A stretch of DNA of 64,000 nt from an uncultured Bacteroidales bacterium (GTDB taxonomy: Bacteria; Bacteroidota; Bacteroidia; Bacteroidales; PUMT01): positions 447-64,446 of the forward strand of contig CAYQXY010000001.1 of the NCBI GenBank assembly GCA_964421595.1, read 5' to 3'. Shown piece by piece: positions 61,948 through 64,000 of this stretch. Within the stretch, counting starts at the first letter, position 1. The number at the start of each line of letters is the position of its first letter. The notes under the pieces were generated by a model. It did no database searches. It saw nothing but the letters and a program-made list of their open reading frames with translations, and had not been told where the DNA came from. The position numbers were made by a program, and so were the translations under genes.

Positions 61948-62910
61948 ATGAAAAGTGTGAGTTTATCAATTGTTGTTTCAGTTTTTAATGAAGAAGAGAT
62001 GATCGGCTTATTCTGGAAGGAGTTCAGCAGTACAATGGGCCTGCTTAATGAGATTAAATGGGAGTTGGTATTTGTAAACGACGGAAGCAACGATAATACA
62101 TCATTATTGCTTGATGAACTGTCGGGAGGAACTGATAATGTAAAAGTTATTCATCTGAGCAGGAATTTCGGACATGAATCGGCAATGCTTGCCGGAATAA
62201 GTCATTCAAGTGGCGATGCCATAATCTGCATGGACGCTGATCTGCAACATCCTCCATCATATTTGCCGGAAATGATAACTGCATTTATAAATGGTGCAGA
62301 GATTGTCACAATGAAAAAAATTAACCGTAAAGATGACGGACTGATGGCCGGAATTGCATCAAAATTGTTTTACCGTCTTATCAACTCTCTTTCAAAAAGT
62401 AATTTTGAACCCGATGCATCAGACTTTTTCCTTATTTCCGGAAGAGTTGCCGGAATTATAACTGAACAATTTGCAGAGCGAACGCGGTTTTTACGCGGAC
62501 TCATACAAACTGTAGGCTTCAGGAAAGTATCACTTGATTATGTTTCGCCTGAAAGGCATGCAGGAAGAAGCAAATATTCACTGTACCGTCTGTTGCTGCT
62601 ATCATTCTCTGCCATTGCCTCCTTCTCACATATTCCATTGCGACTGGGACTGGGTATTGGTATTTTATTCGGCATATTCAGTTTCCTGGTCGGCATCTAT
62701 TCATTGATAATGCATTTCCATGGGAACCCTGTTTCAGGCTATACATCGATAATAGTTTTGTTAAGTTTCGGCTTTTCCCTTCTGTTCATAATATTAGGGA
62801 TTATTGGCGAATATATAGGATTCATGTTTAGTGAAGTAAAAAAACGGCCATTGTATATAATTGACAGGATCTCAGAGCGACCTTCTTCCGGAAAAAGCAG
62901 TATTCATTGA
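61948..62910 (+). CDS. GT2 polyprenol-phosphate glycosyltransferase (GtrB/DPM1-like)
   Basis: Motifs FVNDGSND, LSRNFGHE.A..AG, MDADLQHPP and ERHAG.SKY; two C-terminal TMs; EVKKRPLYII. Confidence 0.92.
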   Translation: MKSVSLSIVVSVFNEEEMIGLFWKEFSSTMGLLNEIKWELVFVNDGSNDNTSLLLDELSGGTDNVKVIHLSRNFGHESAMLAGISHSSGDAIICMDADLQHPPSYLPEMITAFINGAEIVTMKKINRKDDGLMAGIASKLFYRLINSLSKSNFEPDASDFFLISGRVAGIITEQFAERTRFLRGLIQTVGFRKVSLDYVSPERHAGRSKYSLYRLLLLSFSAIASFSHIPLRLGLGIGILFGIFSFLVGIYSLIMHFHGNPVSGYTSIIVLLSFGFSLLFIILGIIGEYIGFMFSEVKKRPLYIIDRISERPSSGKSSIH

Positions 62911-62951
62911 TCTGTTAACAGTCATTTATAATTCTCCTTGCCATTGAACAT

Positions 62952-64000
62952 CTAATCGGCACTTTCCGGGAAATATGGCTGCCTCGTGACAGATTCAAAC
63001 CTGAACTCTTTAAATCCAACTACCCTGAAATCGTCATTACAACTGTGTTCCCATTCAGGCACCCCCAGAGAACTGCCTATTGCGGCACTATCCAGTGAAG
63101 AGGCAAGCACAAACCTGAACTCAGGATCGCCGTAATGACCTTCCCCCTGCCGATAATACCAGTTTCTATTGGTAACATGATACCATATTGCCATATTTTC
63201 ATGAACCGTGTATACGCGGACATTATTCCTGGAGAACATGGTTGTCATTTTAGCATGCCAGTATCCTCCTACTCCATATTTTACATTTCTTTCTTTAGCA
63301 AGTTCATCTATGCATTCAACATAATCAGGGTAATAATCAATCAGTGAAGTTATGCCACTCGCTATGCCTGAGTTAGTGGAATATTTCAGAGTAAAACCTG
63401 AAATCAGAAGCACAACTGATATCAGAGCATAATTAAACACCTTCCTGAGCTCTTTCTTACGGCTTAAAAGAAAATGAAAAATAAAGGCATAATTAAACAG
63501 AGAAAGGTAAAAGACATAAATATTATATCGTAGCAGGGCCCACCCAACGTAACTTCCGTTTAATACCGGCATAAACAGAACGATAATAAAAAAAAAGAAG
63601 TAAAAGTACAGGTAGAAAACTCCTGTCCACTTTTCTGTTTCTTTTCCTAAAAATAACAATTCCCGTGTCCTGATCCAGGCAAGAATGCACATCAAGGCAA
63701 AGGAAACCAGCGATAAAAGCACGGTTAGTCCCCTGAAATCCATTAGCTGAAGATACCTGAAATGCTGTCCTGACATAACCTGCCAGGAATTAATCATATT
63801 GGGGAAGTTAAATATTTTCCCCTGGGTGCCCACAATATATATATAACCAGAAGACCTTATCAGTGCAAAAACAATAATGCCAGTTAATGCTGAAAAGACT
63901 ACGGCAGTAAAAAATTTCAGAATTTTCTCTTTGTGATCTATTAATACGATGAAAAACAATACCGATAAAGAAGGTATTACAAACATTACCAAAAATAAAC
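62952..64000 (-). CDS. Polytopic membrane protein, possible GT-C-fold glycosyltransferase; 5'-partial
   Basis: Frame is open to the window end; multiple TMs, an RY motif after a TM, then a soluble domain with YGVGGYWHA; adjacent to the GtrB-like gene. Confidence 0.6.
   Translation of the reverse strand, partial: LFLVMFVIPSLSVLFFIVLIDHKEKILKFFTAVVFSALTGIIVFALIRSSGYIYIVGTQGKIFNFPNMINSWQVMSGQHFRYLQLMDFRGLTVLLSLVSFALMCILAWIRTRELLFLGKETEKWTGVFYLYFYFFFFIIVLFMPVLNGSYVGWALLRYNIYVFYLSLFNYAFIFHFLLSRKKELRKVFNYALISVVLLISGFTLKYSTNSGIASGITSLIDYYPDYVECIDELAKERNVKYGVGGYWHAKMTTMFSRNNVRVYTVHENMAIWYHVTNRNWYYRQGEGHYGDPEFRFVLASSLDSAAIGSSLGVPEWEHSCNDDFRVVGFKEFRFESVTRQPYFPESAD

Overview
Chromosomal segment of a Bacteroidota bacterium, probably Bacteroidales-like. 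The supporting evidence is TAnnTTTG promoter boxes, a T9SS type-B cargo protein, the Bacteroides-type EF-G2, and str-S10-spc-alpha gene order without tuf or adk. About 18 kb (23.5-41.8 kb, minus strand) is the complete ribosomal-protein superoperon, followed by eno and a eukaryote-type citrate synthase. Most of the rest is housekeeping, transport and signalling (putP-like, ABC systems, hisS, ettA, pcrA, murA, grpE-dnaJ, ppx, a sigma54 activator, aspA-like). Accessory DNA lies at both ends. The first ~2.9 kb is bounded by a 67-bp inverted repeat (65/67 identical), one copy of which lies inside an S41 peptidase gene. It holds an intact AbiEi/AbiEii-type toxin-antitoxin pair with its own operator, plus two unannotated gene stumps: a lanthipeptide dehydratase elimination domain and a serine recombinase cut exactly at the repeat. 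The last ~3 kb looks like a surface-glycan modification cassette. Other notable items are a kinase-dead hybrid sensor converging on a beta-propeller PP2C phosphatase, a GTPase-degenerate EF-G2 head-to-head with the str operon, and an HTH-less sigma54 activator near a sigma54-like grpE promoter. No rRNA, tRNA or CRISPR array was seen. All calls come from motif recognition by eye; no searches were run.
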